The position numbers were made by a program, and so were the translations under genes. Source: a virus. From it: 64,000 nt of DNA. Under the pieces are notes generated by a model, which worked only from the letters and a program-made list of their open reading frames with translations, made no database searches and was not told the origin of the DNA. This document shows positions 1 to 10,467 of the stretch, piece after piece. The DNA is taken from the IMG/VR virus record IMGVR_UViG_3300023184_003849, positions 57,847 through 121,846 of that record; one strand, written 5' to 3'. Every line of letters begins with the position of its first letter. The stretch's first letter is position 1.

Positions 1-956
1 GTTTCAGCCTCGTTTTCACCATTAGATATAAACACAATATCAATTGGAGTTTCGTTTAAGGTAATTTTGGTTTTGTTGATGTGTGGGTAATCATACACCT
101 GTATTTTAATATAATTTTTACACTCTCTAGGCACCACAGCAGTGGCATTTCCTTGACTGAGAGGCATCACTGTTTTAGTACTCTCTTGCCATAGGCTTAT
201 TGTAGGCACGTTATTGCCCAGTGCTATAGTTTGATAGAACTCAACCAATGGAGTGTCAAATTCATGATTCCATACGGCTGTAGCAAGACTGTCATCGGTG
301 TACTTGACCTGAGTCAAAGGCAGTCTTGGTATTGGTCGATCCTCAATAAAGTTTAGAGTTTCAAACCATTCTAATACTTTTAAATTCTTGGTCTTTTCCA
401 AAAAACTAGACACATGTACATAAAACGTATCTCCAAACTTTTGTTCATTGCTTGCAAACACATGTAACATTTCCTGTTGCCATTCGTTAGGGTGCCAAGA
501 GAAATCAAAGTTAACATAATCACAAACATCACTAGTAACCCAACAGTATTCCCATTTGACTTTACTCAAGGCTCTACGCATGGTGCCCAAGTAATCTGAA
601 ACGTACCGAACATTAACATCACCTGCATTTTGGCTACTTAGGGCATGTTTGATATGCAAGCGTGGCACACTGAGTCGTCGTGGCACTATAGGGTGTGATC
701 TATTCACCTGCTCATACTCACGCGGTACCAGTGCGGTTCCACCATTTGCCTGATGCTGACTAGGCCACACATGCATTTGATTGCGTTCCCAAGGCACAGG
801 TTCCCAAAGAAAATCAAACCCAGAATAGTCCGATAAGTAATTTATCCACCAAAAATATCTCGTGCGACTTTGCTTTTGTGCTTGCTCGATCGATTGCACT
901 TGCTTCTCATGTGGAAATACATTGGGCTTGGTGCCAGTATAAAATACATCAAACAT
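1..956 (-). CDS. Partial multi-repeat glycosyltransferase-like protein (runs off the window; absent from the ORF track)
   Basis: Manual translation from ATG at 956 is open to position 1: MFDVFYTGTKPN...SRTRYFWWINYLSDYSGFDFLWEPVPW...HVW, then a second repeat EYCWVTSDVCDYVNFDFSWHPNEW...HVF, ending DIVFISNGE, which resembles DCIYLSYDEP of 16578..17504. Confidence 0.7.
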   Translation of the reverse strand, partial: MFDVFYTGTKPNVFPHEKQVQSIEQAQKQSRTRYFWWINYLSDYSGFDFLWEPVPWERNQMHVWPSQHQANGGTALVPREYEQVNRSHPIVPRRLSVPRLHIKHALSSQNAGDVNVRYVSDYLGTMRRALSKVKWEYCWVTSDVCDYVNFDFSWHPNEWQQEMLHVFASNEQKFGDTFYVHVSSFLEKTKNLKVLEWFETLNFIEDRPIPRLPLTQVKYTDDSLATAVWNHEFDTPLVEFYQTIALGNNVPTISLWQESTKTVMPLSQGNATAVVPRECKNYIKIQVYDYPHINKTKITLNETPIDIVFISNGENEAE

Positions 957-2067
957 GATTAGAATAGACGAAATTTATGACAATATTTTTTGGGCTTGGA
1001 TCAATAAACATCACCCTGGTTATAAAATGTTTTTTTGTGACCCTTTTGGTCGTAGTGACCCTGAAAGTATTTCGAATTACGGAAGAGAAGATATACATGA
1101 ACATAATTATATATTCTTTTTTGACCAAGAGCCAATACATTTAGACATACATCTCTCAACATTTAATCATATTATTTGGTCTACTTTGTCTATTTACGAA
1201 AGCATGCCAGGTGATATTGGGTATCTAGTGACTAGTGAAAAGAACAGTGAGACAGTGGAACGTGTTTGTAAACATTACAATTGGAAATCTTTGTATTATT
1301 TTTTTCATGGTTGGGCCGCATTAGATTGGTATCGCGGATACGATAGAACATTTTTGATTACTCCTTGGACCGAACGGAAAATTAAAAAGACATTTTTCAG
1401 TGCCAATCGAATCATTGGGGGCAAAAGACAACATCGAGTACTGATGCTATACCACTTTCAACGTCTAGGGCTCATGAACAATTGGATCAGTGCCAGTGCA
1501 GTATGCCCTGTAGAGAATACATCCATTATTGATATTGCAAAATATTATGAACAACAATATCCTGACATTGTAGATGTAATCAGTGGTATAGAATTGCCTA
1601 AACATTTTCCTAATGAAGATTCTCCACGGATGAGTAGTTGTTGGTTGGATCAATTTGACATCTGTGCCGAAAGTCTTATCTATCACGTGAGCGAAACTGT
1701 TTATGTAGGACGTAGACTACATCTAACTGAAAAAACATTTAAACCAATTGCACTGGGCATGCCCTTTGTATTATCAGGTACTGCAGGAAGTTTGGAATAC
1801 TTGCGCAGTTACGGATTTAAAACTTTTGGCAACATCTGGGACGAAAGTTATGATAAGGAAACAGATGATATTCGTCGGGCAGAAAAAGTCGCTGATTTAT
1901 TAAAGAGCATAGATCAGTTGTCAGAAAAACAAAAACAAGAGTTATTCGAACAAACATGGCCAATTATAGAACACAACTGGAATCATTTTTATCGTGGAAA
2001 TTTTGCCGATGTACTTTGGAAAGAACTTGTAAACATGTTGGAACAAATTAAAACATGGTGTGCATAG
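955..2067 (+). CDS. GT10 (fucosyltransferase)-like / GT-B glycosyltransferase candidate, paralog 1
   Basis: 370 aa; C-terminal SETVY..LTEKTFKPIALGMPF..G..G.L..LR..GFKTF...DESYD resembles the GT10 ENS..TEK donor-binding motif. Confidence 0.55.
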   Translation: MIRIDEIYDNIFWAWINKHHPGYKMFFCDPFGRSDPESISNYGREDIHEHNYIFFFDQEPIHLDIHLSTFNHIIWSTLSIYESMPGDIGYLVTSEKNSETVERVCKHYNWKSLYYFFHGWAALDWYRGYDRTFLITPWTERKIKKTFFSANRIIGGKRQHRVLMLYHFQRLGLMNNWISASAVCPVENTSIIDIAKYYEQQYPDIVDVISGIELPKHFPNEDSPRMSSCWLDQFDICAESLIYHVSETVYVGRRLHLTEKTFKPIALGMPFVLSGTAGSLEYLRSYGFKTFGNIWDESYDKETDDIRRAEKVADLLKSIDQLSEKQKQELFEQTWPIIEHNWNHFYRGNFADVLWKELVNMLEQIKTWCA

Positions 2068-3287
2068 CAATTGATCATAGAGACCCTGTGTCAGGTAGAC
2101 CCATGCCCAATGGCATTCCATTGGAGCAACATCATTCAATTGAACAAATGGATGGTTATAGGTTAGACTATCCTAGAATCATCTATTATCTGCATGAGTG
2201 CGGAATACCTATGCAGGTGGCAGCCACTGCCGATGCACCCTTAGGCGCCTGGTACCCAGTGGTACTAGGTTGGTTTGATTTTTCAGTAGACTATATAGGC
2301 AGGATAAGTCCTGCCGCATACACACGCATACAACAAAAACACATGTTGTTGGTGTTTACATATCACGAAGGCGATAATCCTGCCAAGATAAGAGCAAGAA
2401 TCAATCAACTGTGTGCTGACCATGCAATAGAACCTGACATGGTTTGGCTGATTAGTGGCAATAGTTCTGCAGATTCAATACAGGGATGCGTTTATTGGCC
2501 TGAACTGGAATTTATGTATTGGCGTACTGTAAATTTATCAGCAGGCGCCAAATATCATCTGCGGCCTAGATCACGTGCATTTACTGGACTGTGTAGAATA
2601 GACAAACTTTGGCGTAAGGTATTCATGAGCGAACTATGGGCAGATGGGTTACACAAGAATGGTTACTTCAGTTATACTCAGTATTTGCTAGGCGGCGAAG
2701 ACGATTATTTTAATTGTGCATTACGCAATAGTTATCTTGCTCATAAACAACATCAAGTTAATCAATTTATAGCAGCCGGACCATTTCATGCGGATGAACT
2801 AGATTTAGATGCACACAACAACTATGCCGTCAACATGACCAACCTTTATGAAGACAGTTACTTCAATATTGTGTTAGAAACCATGATTGATGTTGATGAT
2901 TCAGGCGGACAGTTTATAACAGAAAAAACATTCAAACCCATATTCAACAATCAATTTTTTATTGTGGTTAGTAGTAGTCACCACATGGCACACTTGCGTG
3001 AACTAGGGTACCAGACATTTGGGCGTGTGATAGATGAACACTATGATTCGATAGAAAACAATCAAGAAAGATTTGAGGCTGTGTTGGCGATGACAAAGAG
3101 TTTGTGCACCAAGCCTTTGTCAGAATTACACTCAATCTATCAACAACTTGAACCTGAGATTGTTCATAACTATCAAGTTTTTGTAGCAGGCATGCGACAC
3201 AGGCTTAAAGTAGTGGTTGATCGTATTAACTACAAACCTTTACACCATATAATTTTTCAAAACGATCAGCGTCTGCTCGATCATTGA
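2055..3287 (+). CDS. GT10-like glycosyltransferase candidate, paralog 2
   Basis: 410 aa; SYFNIVLET...ITEKTFKPI...LRELGYQTF...DEHYD; 3' end overlaps the convergent carbamoyltransferase gene. Confidence 0.55.
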   Translation: MVCIAIDHRDPVSGRPMPNGIPLEQHHSIEQMDGYRLDYPRIIYYLHECGIPMQVAATADAPLGAWYPVVLGWFDFSVDYIGRISPAAYTRIQQKHMLLVFTYHEGDNPAKIRARINQLCADHAIEPDMVWLISGNSSADSIQGCVYWPELEFMYWRTVNLSAGAKYHLRPRSRAFTGLCRIDKLWRKVFMSELWADGLHKNGYFSYTQYLLGGEDDYFNCALRNSYLAHKQHQVNQFIAAGPFHADELDLDAHNNYAVNMTNLYEDSYFNIVLETMIDVDDSGGQFITEKTFKPIFNNQFFIVVSSSHHMAHLRELGYQTFGRVIDEHYDSIENNQERFEAVLAMTKSLCTKPLSELHSIYQQLEPEIVHNYQVFVAGMRHRLKVVVDRINYKPLHHIIFQNDQRLLDH

Positions 3288-4707
3288 CCATGGGTTCGCC
3301 GCGTATGTTTAGCGAAGTGTTCAGCAACATGGGACAGCCAGTCAACACGTACCACTTTTCAAGCAGTTGTCGGATTCCTGAACCGTCCTGCGCCACAGTT
3401 TGTACTCGGCTGGTGCCATCAACATGACATACAGCAGGAGTAAGGCTAGGCTGGCGACAACGAGCGACTGACTGCATATAAGGACTATGATGCCAACCGG
3501 CTGGCATATCAAAATAGTCATCAGCCACCTCAGCCAGTATGACCGGGGCAAAAGGTCTAAACTGTTGTCTGCGTTTGATTTCATTTACTTTCTCCTTGAT
3601 CTCGCGGCCTCTAGGGTCTGCAAGGAGGCTACGGTTTCCGAGTGCGCGGGGGCCGAACTCGGCACGTCCTGAGGCGACTCCCACAATTCGTTCAGTAAGA
3701 AGCCGATCCAAAAGGCCATTAACGGGATAAGGGCCAGGAATGTCATACCCCAAAAAAGCGTTTGTCCAGTTAATTCTATATCCAAGAGCCAAAGCGGCAG
3801 CACCAAGGCTACTACCAGCATCACCAGGGCAAGGCATAATCCAAATATTCTCAAAGTACTCTCCCAAAAAACGATTTGCAGTGCAGTTCAAAGCCACTCC
3901 ACCCATATATACCAAGTTTGCACTAAAATCTAATTTTCTAGCACGAATCATGACCTGACGTATAAGATCTTCTGCGACCAACTGTGCCGCTGCCGCAATA
4001 TTTTCTTCACTGGAATGCTGTAAAAATTCAGGGTCCATGCCTGTGTGAAAATTCTTTTTTAATTGTAAATTACGCTCGTCCTCAATCACGTGTTCACGCA
4101 TGTCTTGGTACCACGTGTTACGGCCAAAGGCAGCCATGCCCATGGTGATGTACTCTTCATCCATTGGATGCAGACCAATACGCTTAGTCACTGCACTGTA
4201 AAACAAACCAATTGAATGTGGATAAACTTGCCGCCATAATCTACGATACTGCGCACGGCCCGACTGATTGTATTCGGCACCCCATATACTTATAGTGTCC
4301 CATTCACCAATGGCGTCAACCACTACTACAGTGGCACGTTCAAACGGCGAAGTTTGAAAACCTGCGGCTGCATGGCTTAGATGATGATTGTAGTTTTTTA
4401 TTTTCTTATCACAAGTGACCAATCCAGGCAATTGTTTTTTTAATATTGATGTGACTGACAGTTTATCCCAGTCAATGTTTTGACCTGCATACAGTTGTCG
4501 CAGTTGTTTTGACCAAGGGCGCTCATAGTAGGCAATTGTGTCTATTTCTCGTCCGTATAAGTCTATTACTAATTCAGATGCAATTTCAGCATCGTTTTTT
4601 ATTTTACTATACCGTTCTGAATGCGCGGCAAATAAGATCTCACCATTGGGACTTATGACCGTGGCGGCTGCATCGTGAAAGCCTGCCGAAATACCCAGGA
4701 TATTCAT
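3226..4707 (-). CDS. O-carbamoyltransferase, NodU/CmcH/TobZ family
   Basis: 493 aa; ILGISAGFHDAAA, ERYSKIK, HHLSHAA, DAIGE, GGVALNC, PGDAGSSLGAA, EFGPRALGNRSLLADP, FRPFAP, HVDGTSRVQTV, LLNTSLN motifs. Confidence 0.95.
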   Translation of the reverse strand: MNILGISAGFHDAAATVISPNGEILFAAHSERYSKIKNDAEIASELVIDLYGREIDTIAYYERPWSKQLRQLYAGQNIDWDKLSVTSILKKQLPGLVTCDKKIKNYNHHLSHAAAGFQTSPFERATVVVVDAIGEWDTISIWGAEYNQSGRAQYRRLWRQVYPHSIGLFYSAVTKRIGLHPMDEEYITMGMAAFGRNTWYQDMREHVIEDERNLQLKKNFHTGMDPEFLQHSSEENIAAAAQLVAEDLIRQVMIRARKLDFSANLVYMGGVALNCTANRFLGEYFENIWIMPCPGDAGSSLGAAALALGYRINWTNAFLGYDIPGPYPVNGLLDRLLTERIVGVASGRAEFGPRALGNRSLLADPRGREIKEKVNEIKRRQQFRPFAPVILAEVADDYFDMPAGWHHSPYMQSVARCRQPSLTPAVCHVDGTSRVQTVAQDGSGIRQLLEKWYVLTGCPMLLNTSLNIRGEPMVNDRADADRFEKLYGVKVCS

Positions 4708-4805
4708 TTGTAGATAAATGGATCGCGTTTGCGGAGTTCTTTTAATTTTTTTCTATACCGTATTTCTAGTGTAATACGATTCCAAAGTCTTTGAATCCAA
4801 TTCAT
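4704..4805 (-). CDS. 33-aa basic small protein MNWIQRLWNRITLEIRYRKKLKELRKRDPFIYK (below the ORF-track cutoff)
   Basis: Fills the intergenic gap exactly, with ATGA overlaps at both ends (4802-4805 and 4704-4707); PFIY C-terminus. Confidence 0.8.
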   Translation of the reverse strand: MNWIQRLWNRITLEIRYRKKLKELRKRDPFIYK

Positions 4806-5839
4806 GTTAAATTCCTAATTTGAAGTATATCATAGTCTGGATCACTCCAGCGATAGTCATATGTAGCCCTGGTTGTGCCGGTACGCACTTTATACACATC
4901 CTGGTGCTGACTCAATTGCGAATATATTATTTGCCAGTCTTCTGTACCAAACGTCCTTTTGAGATCAACTTGCCCGATTTGAGGGTGGCCGATTGTAAGA
5001 CCTGGGTCATCTGGGTTGAATCCATTCCGTTCAAGCCACGTTCGAAATTCGGCCAACTGTCGGATTTGCCAGGAGTAAGCACCGGGATCACGGGCCCATT
5101 CAATATCAAAATCAGCAGCCGCTTGAGTCTGAGTACGTAATCCTGAGGTAACCAATTCTGAAATCCTTGAGTCCCTGCCCTCATCTTGAAATACCTCCCA
5201 ATGGTGCTTGCCCACTGCTTTATTTACACCTACATATACACCACCCAATTTTCTATTGATTGTTTCTATACCAAACAATTCTAAATCTGATTCTTCCAAC
5301 TCAAATCGTGGAGCATTAAGCCAGCACATGAGTTGACTAGGTCTACGCCATTCGGGTGCTGTTTGTGCCTTACGTATACTGAGTACCAGGCTTTCAAACT
5401 CGTGGCATAACAAATTCAATTGTCTAATGTGCCAGCGTGTGGAATCATCTGCTTGAGAATAATAAGGACTCATAGCCCCTGCTGTGCCTTGTAAATCTTC
5501 AAAATAACGATGTAGTTGATTAAGATGTTGGTGGTTGGTTCTGCCTTGACTGTCTATGCTGTTGGCAGGTGAGAAGAAATCTTGTATTTTATAATTTAAG
5601 TTGCTTGAATTTATAGCATGGATTGATCTATTGATTTGAGTACACAAATATTCTGGATTGCGAGCACTTTCGGCCCAGCCCAACCAACAGTAATTTTTTT
5701 CTAGGTGTAATTGTTGATCAATAATATTATTCAATGCCGCAAGCCATTTACGGCTGAGACTGTTGTCTTCAACATTTATGTATACCGTAAAAATTTGATT
5801 TTCGGCACTCCGTAGGTCTATTTCAATCAAATCAAGCAA
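4802..5839 (-). CDS. Hypothetical protein (345 aa)
   Basis: Long ORF coupled to both neighbours; LNQLHRYFE and LNLLCHEFE His/Glu motifs; no family recognised. Confidence 0.75.
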   Translation of the reverse strand: MLDLIEIDLRSAENQIFTVYINVEDNSLSRKWLAALNNIIDQQLHLEKNYCWLGWAESARNPEYLCTQINRSIHAINSSNLNYKIQDFFSPANSIDSQGRTNHQHLNQLHRYFEDLQGTAGAMSPYYSQADDSTRWHIRQLNLLCHEFESLVLSIRKAQTAPEWRRPSQLMCWLNAPRFELEESDLELFGIETINRKLGGVYVGVNKAVGKHHWEVFQDEGRDSRISELVTSGLRTQTQAAADFDIEWARDPGAYSWQIRQLAEFRTWLERNGFNPDDPGLTIGHPQIGQVDLKRTFGTEDWQIIYSQLSQHQDVYKVRTGTTRATYDYRWSDPDYDILQIRNLT

Positions 5840-7121
5840 TTTTCATCCACCACTCTGCCACTTCAGGGCGTTGACTTAATATATCTGTCAAGGTCACTGA
5901 TTGTGTTCTTATTTGTTCTAGTTTGAGCACACGAGCCTTGCCTCGACGCAGTCCCTCCTGATATTGATCAGGCCACTGTTCCGCAAACGTGGGCCGGGTT
6001 TTTAATTGTAGCAGTACATCACGCATGGCACCTGCGGAGCGGCCTGCTAGTTCGTCAATCCAAGGGTCCAACAAATGCCTAGGCAGTGCCAAAGGACTCA
6101 AGATTATATCTGGGGAGAAACTGAATATGACCTTGGCCAACAGTTGTACCCCATACTTGTGTGCCAGGTTTTCCATTGCATCTGTTTCAAACATTCCAGG
6201 GAGAGTGAGGGTAAAATCAAGACGCATTTGTCTAGGGTGTTTGGCGTACTGTAAGCCGTGTTCAAAATTACTACAGAACTGTTCATAATTCAGTCCTGTA
6301 CGAATATATTCCCCGATTTTGTCTAATCCATCCAGACTAGCACATATTTGCCAATCTCGTACATGACTGAGGATATCGCCAAAAAGATCCAGGCCTCGAT
6401 AATTAATTCGACTCAAATTAGTATTGTATCGAGCATATAAACGAGGTCCATCTCCTAATTCCACGATTCGTTTCATGTAACGCCAGTGCTGTTCATACAT
6501 TAGCGGCTCTCCGCCAACCCAATATACCTCTTCAACACGGTGTCCTTCAACGGCGGCAGAAAACTCGGCTTCAACCTGATTCTCCTGAAAGTGTGCGATC
6601 TTGCCACGTATATCTGCTCGCATCCAATGATTTTTTGGATCGTGCCAATCAACCATGTCATGAGTTTTTTCTTCACTTTCCCAGGCGCTTGAAAGCATGT
6701 CTCCGCAGGTTCTGCATCGGAAATTGCATAGATTTGAAAACCTATAATCCCACGACACAGGTACCATAGTTGTAGAGCCATCCGCATTAGTGTTATTGTA
6801 AACTTCTTTGATCTTGTGTCCGAATAAATGATCGAAGTAGGTCCTATAGACATCGGTGTTGAGCAGTCGGTCATTGCATACCTCGCATTCTGGTAGTTTT
6901 TCCCCGGCCATCATTCTGCGCCTAACGCTTTTCATGTGTTCTGAATTCCAATGCTGTTCAAGTGTGATGGGAATGTATTGCCCTGTGCCCCGGGCTGTGT
7001 CTATATACTGCTCAAAGTTTTGCGCAGGTTCCCGAGATGCACAGCACATACGTCGTTCTGTTTGCGGACTTAAATATGTATGCACCCAGGGCGCTAGGCA
7101 GAGATTGTTAGGTTTCTGCAT
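5832..7121 (-). CDS. Radical SAM enzyme with N-terminal twitch/SPASM-like Fe-S domain
   Basis: CNFRCRTC (CxxxCxxC), GGEP, YNTN; N-terminal CLAPW..MCC..CEVC. Confidence 0.9.
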   Translation of the reverse strand: MQKPNNLCLAPWVHTYLSPQTERRMCCASREPAQNFEQYIDTARGTGQYIPITLEQHWNSEHMKSVRRRMMAGEKLPECEVCNDRLLNTDVYRTYFDHLFGHKIKEVYNNTNADGSTTMVPVSWDYRFSNLCNFRCRTCGDMLSSAWESEEKTHDMVDWHDPKNHWMRADIRGKIAHFQENQVEAEFSAAVEGHRVEEVYWVGGEPLMYEQHWRYMKRIVELGDGPRLYARYNTNLSRINYRGLDLFGDILSHVRDWQICASLDGLDKIGEYIRTGLNYEQFCSNFEHGLQYAKHPRQMRLDFTLTLPGMFETDAMENLAHKYGVQLLAKVIFSFSPDIILSPLALPRHLLDPWIDELAGRSAGAMRDVLLQLKTRPTFAEQWPDQYQEGLRRGKARVLKLEQIRTQSVTLTDILSQRPEVAEWWMKIA

Positions 7122-8016
7122 ATTCTAACAATGGTTCTACAATTTCATTTATAATACGTTGTTTTACTAATTTTTGATCGAAAAAATGGTTGTGATTATG
7201 TGTCAATTTTTGAAGTGTAAGTATATCATAATGGTCTATCTGAACAGAGTCGATAACATCAAGTATCAATGATAAACGTTGATCAAAAGACTCAAGTTTA
7301 TCATAGGATTCATCAAACAAATTATCAAATGTTTCAAATCCTTGACTTTTTATTGTTTGCAACATTCCTGCGCTGCCTAAGACAACAAACGGATGATAAT
7401 AGGCACAAGGTTTATAAGTTTTTTCGGTTAGGAAACTGCAACGTTCCGGATTAATGCTTGATTCAATGACCAAACTCATCCAGGTGGTGTCATACCAATC
7501 TGGATTGAAAAAACGTTGATAGTTTGGATCATCGCAAGATACATCATCAGGAAGTCGTTTGTCTTTGTAACTCCATATGAAATTTTCTAGTCTTGTCCCT
7601 AGCCGATCAATTATAATGTCTCTTTCTGTCTTTGCACGATTTATTGTCATGAGAGACTTTTTTTTATAGTTTTTCTTAGGAATATAATTGTGATAGCCCA
7701 AAAATTGCCACCATAAACTTTCATTGTACCAAAACCATTGATTGTTTGTTAATTCATAATAATTATTTTTAAATTCTTTATCAGATTGTTCCCATAGATT
7801 GTCAATAACAACTTTATATCCTAAACTTTTTAAATTTTGACTATAACTGTCATTGGCATTACAATGCCATACCACAAAGAGTGTTGAATCAGCATGATAG
7901 AATTTGTCTGTATCAAACCATTCGATATCAAAGTATTGTTTCCAAAATTCTTCAAGATAACAACTGGTGAAACTTGAGAATTCATTTGGTCTCAGTATCA
8001 TTTTTATCTTAGACAT
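7108..8016 (-). CDS. GT10-like glycosyltransferase candidate, paralog 3 (AT-rich)
   Basis: 302 aa; SLVIES...FLTEKTYKP...PFVVLG...GFETF..LFDESYD. Confidence 0.55.
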   Translation of the reverse strand: MSKIKMILRPNEFSSFTSCYLEEFWKQYFDIEWFDTDKFYHADSTLFVVWHCNANDSYSQNLKSLGYKVVIDNLWEQSDKEFKNNYYELTNNQWFWYNESLWWQFLGYHNYIPKKNYKKKSLMTINRAKTERDIIIDRLGTRLENFIWSYKDKRLPDDVSCDDPNYQRFFNPDWYDTTWMSLVIESSINPERCSFLTEKTYKPCAYYHPFVVLGSAGMLQTIKSQGFETFDNLFDESYDKLESFDQRLSLILDVIDSVQIDHYDILTLQKLTHNHNHFFDQKLVKQRIINEIVEPLLEYAET

Positions 8017-9208
8017 AGTTTAATAATTTAGCCATTTCAGGTGCAACATTTGTGAAATCTTGATTGCGGCGTTGATCAATTTTTTGTATTTGGCTTAATG
8101 TTTCTTTTCCATCAGTTGACTTGCCACGCATCATAAAATCCACAATACCCTCAAAATCTTTTTGATAACCAGTGTGTGCATTGAGTAAATGTTCAGCAAT
8201 GGCTTGCTTGGTAGTATCGGGCAAGCACCCGATTGAGAAATACCAAGCATCGTGCATGATATTCCAGTACACAAAATCAAAACCCTGTACACTGATCCAG
8301 TGTGCCAGTTGATCAATATAACGCACATTGAAAATGTTTACTGTAGAGCAACATTGCAATTGAATGTTACTATACTGCTGGCGCATTTGACGAAACAGTT
8401 CAAGATTTCGTTGTACATCTGCCCATTTAGCACCTGTACGCTGATATTCAAATCTTTCACAGAGGTCATCAATTGAAAATGCAATCTCTACTGTTTTGAA
8501 ATGTTTCCAAATATGCTCTGCTTGTTCTGGCCATTGTGTGCCATTGGTGTTGTAGTGTATTTCTACTTGTGATGCAATACCACGGTCCACTATGCCTCGT
8601 AACATCGCAAAGTGTTCTTCAATCATAAATGGTTCGCCACCAGTAAATTCGATGTAACGAATATCATTTAACACCGAATCAATTTGATTCCAAAATTGTT
8701 TATTCTCTCTAGGCCAGCGCCCAGCCTTTAACATTTGATAGGGGAAACTTGTTTTACTGTGCTCTTCTACTGAAGTTGCGATTTCTTCCACAGCAAAACT
8801 ACTGCTAGACCAAGATCCACATATACGACATTTCAAGTTGCAGATGTTACCTAGTTTAAGATCCAAAAACATAAGTGGTTTAGCATCTTGAGTCCATCCT
8901 GATGTGATGCCCATGTGTTTGAGTCTATCTAGTGTATGCATACGCTTACTAGTGCGACCAGCATCCTCCTCTTCCCAGCATTTGCGGCAAGTGTGTGGCT
9001 GTTGACCTGCTAAAAATGCTTGTCGCAGTTGATACATGTATTCACTGTTTTGAATATCTTTAAAATCAGCAGACTTCAAGTTAAATTTAACACTATTACT
9101 ATCTACTATTTCATCGTCAGCAAGACAACACGGACGCACAGTACCTATAGGCGTCGCCTCTAGACTAACCCAGGGCAAAACACAAAATTTGTCAGACGGT
9201 AAATTCAT
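8009..9208 (-). CDS. Radical SAM enzyme with N-terminal twitch/SPASM-like domain
   Basis: CNLKCRIC, TGGEP, YNTNG; N-terminal CVLPW..PCC..CRKC. Confidence 0.9.
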   Translation of the reverse strand: MNLPSDKFCVLPWVSLEATPIGTVRPCCLADDEIVDSNSVKFNLKSADFKDIQNSEYMYQLRQAFLAGQQPHTCRKCWEEEDAGRTSKRMHTLDRLKHMGITSGWTQDAKPLMFLDLKLGNICNLKCRICGSWSSSSFAVEEIATSVEEHSKTSFPYQMLKAGRWPRENKQFWNQIDSVLNDIRYIEFTGGEPFMIEEHFAMLRGIVDRGIASQVEIHYNTNGTQWPEQAEHIWKHFKTVEIAFSIDDLCERFEYQRTGAKWADVQRNLELFRQMRQQYSNIQLQCCSTVNIFNVRYIDQLAHWISVQGFDFVYWNIMHDAWYFSIGCLPDTTKQAIAEHLLNAHTGYQKDFEGIVDFMMRGKSTDGKETLSQIQKIDQRRNQDFTNVAPEMAKLLNYV

Positions 9209-10467
9209 TTTAATGCTACCAATTCAGGCAATGCATGTTGCCAGGATTCATTTCTAATTTCATCTAACCCGTGTGTTCGGCGCCAGAATGTATCAATCAA
9301 CTGGGTGTTGTCTGTGGCATTCATAAAGGCAATAGCAGATTCAAATCCTTGTGTGGCACGGCCCAATGAGTCTCTATCACTCATCCAGGACAGATGCTTG
9401 CGATACTTTTCTTCTAATCTTTCTTTGTACTCTGCAGGGGCAATATCTATTCTATAATATGCAGGATCTTGTAAAATATTTACATTTAAATCTTGCGGTT
9501 GAATTAGTCCAGCGGCACACCACTCCTTGTGAAATTCTGGCAAGTGCCAAGCATTTAATATGCTTAGTGTGGGTGAGATATAAAAGTCTACCTGGGGACA
9601 CATTGCAATCATTCGGTGACGATTTTGCACAACATCATACCAATTGGTACCTTTGCGTATGTATTCGGCAGGATGACCCATGCCATCTAAACTGGCGCCC
9701 ACTGCCACTGAGTCAAACTGTTGCCAGTATTCAAATACGCTACGGCCTTTCAAGTCTGTGTGCGTGAAGTTGGTATTGTATATTAAACGCACGTCAAAAC
9801 GTTTTCTTTTTACAAGTTCTTCAAGAATGTTATAGTGTTCTTCCATCAACAAGGGTTCACCACCAGCAAAGTATATCTGCTCCACGTAATCCAAATGGGG
9901 CTCCAGTTGCGTCCACATGTCTGTCTCTGTGCGTCCTGCATAGTTTAATACACTATTGCGATCTTTCCATCCTGGCCCGGCCAGTTTTGCCTGGTCTTGA
10001 TACCACTGACTACTAAAGATATGCCCACACGATCTGCATTTTAAGTTACATAAGTTACTGAATCGAATATCCCAATAAGTCATTTCAAAAGGGTTCTCAT
10101 CCAATTTTTTTATCTGATGTCCGTGATGTTTGTTGGCTGATCTGCGTCCTGAAAAGAATCCCGATTCTTCTTGCTCATAACAGCGTGTGCAGGCTGCGTG
10201 TGGAGTTTCGCTCAGCATATCTGCACGTAGACGTTTCATAGGCTCACCAGTCCATATTTCTTCAAGCGTATGAGTTCTACAATTGCCCACCACACCGGGC
10301 TTCATTTCGGCATGGCAACAGGGATATGCTTCACCTGTAGGGTAAGCGTGTAAATGGATCCAGGGATAGATACAAAAGGTCTTTGAATCTTCTAATAAGA
10401 AACGCTCACGTTCTGTTAGTTCTGTGGCACGTACTAGATCTGTGGAGTTATACCGGTATTGCGTCAT
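9205..10467 (-). CDS. Radical SAM enzyme with N-terminal twitch/SPASM-like domain
   Basis: CNLKCRSC, AGGEP, YNTN; N-terminal CIYPW..PCC..GN..LEEIW..CTRC. Confidence 0.9.
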   Translation of the reverse strand: MTQYRYNSTDLVRATELTERERFLLEDSKTFCIYPWIHLHAYPTGEAYPCCHAEMKPGVVGNCRTHTLEEIWTGEPMKRLRADMLSETPHAACTRCYEQEESGFFSGRRSANKHHGHQIKKLDENPFEMTYWDIRFSNLCNLKCRSCGHIFSSQWYQDQAKLAGPGWKDRNSVLNYAGRTETDMWTQLEPHLDYVEQIYFAGGEPLLMEEHYNILEELVKRKRFDVRLIYNTNFTHTDLKGRSVFEYWQQFDSVAVGASLDGMGHPAEYIRKGTNWYDVVQNRHRMIAMCPQVDFYISPTLSILNAWHLPEFHKEWCAAGLIQPQDLNVNILQDPAYYRIDIAPAEYKERLEEKYRKHLSWMSDRDSLGRATQGFESAIAFMNATDNTQLIDTFWRRTHGLDEIRNESWQHALPELVALK

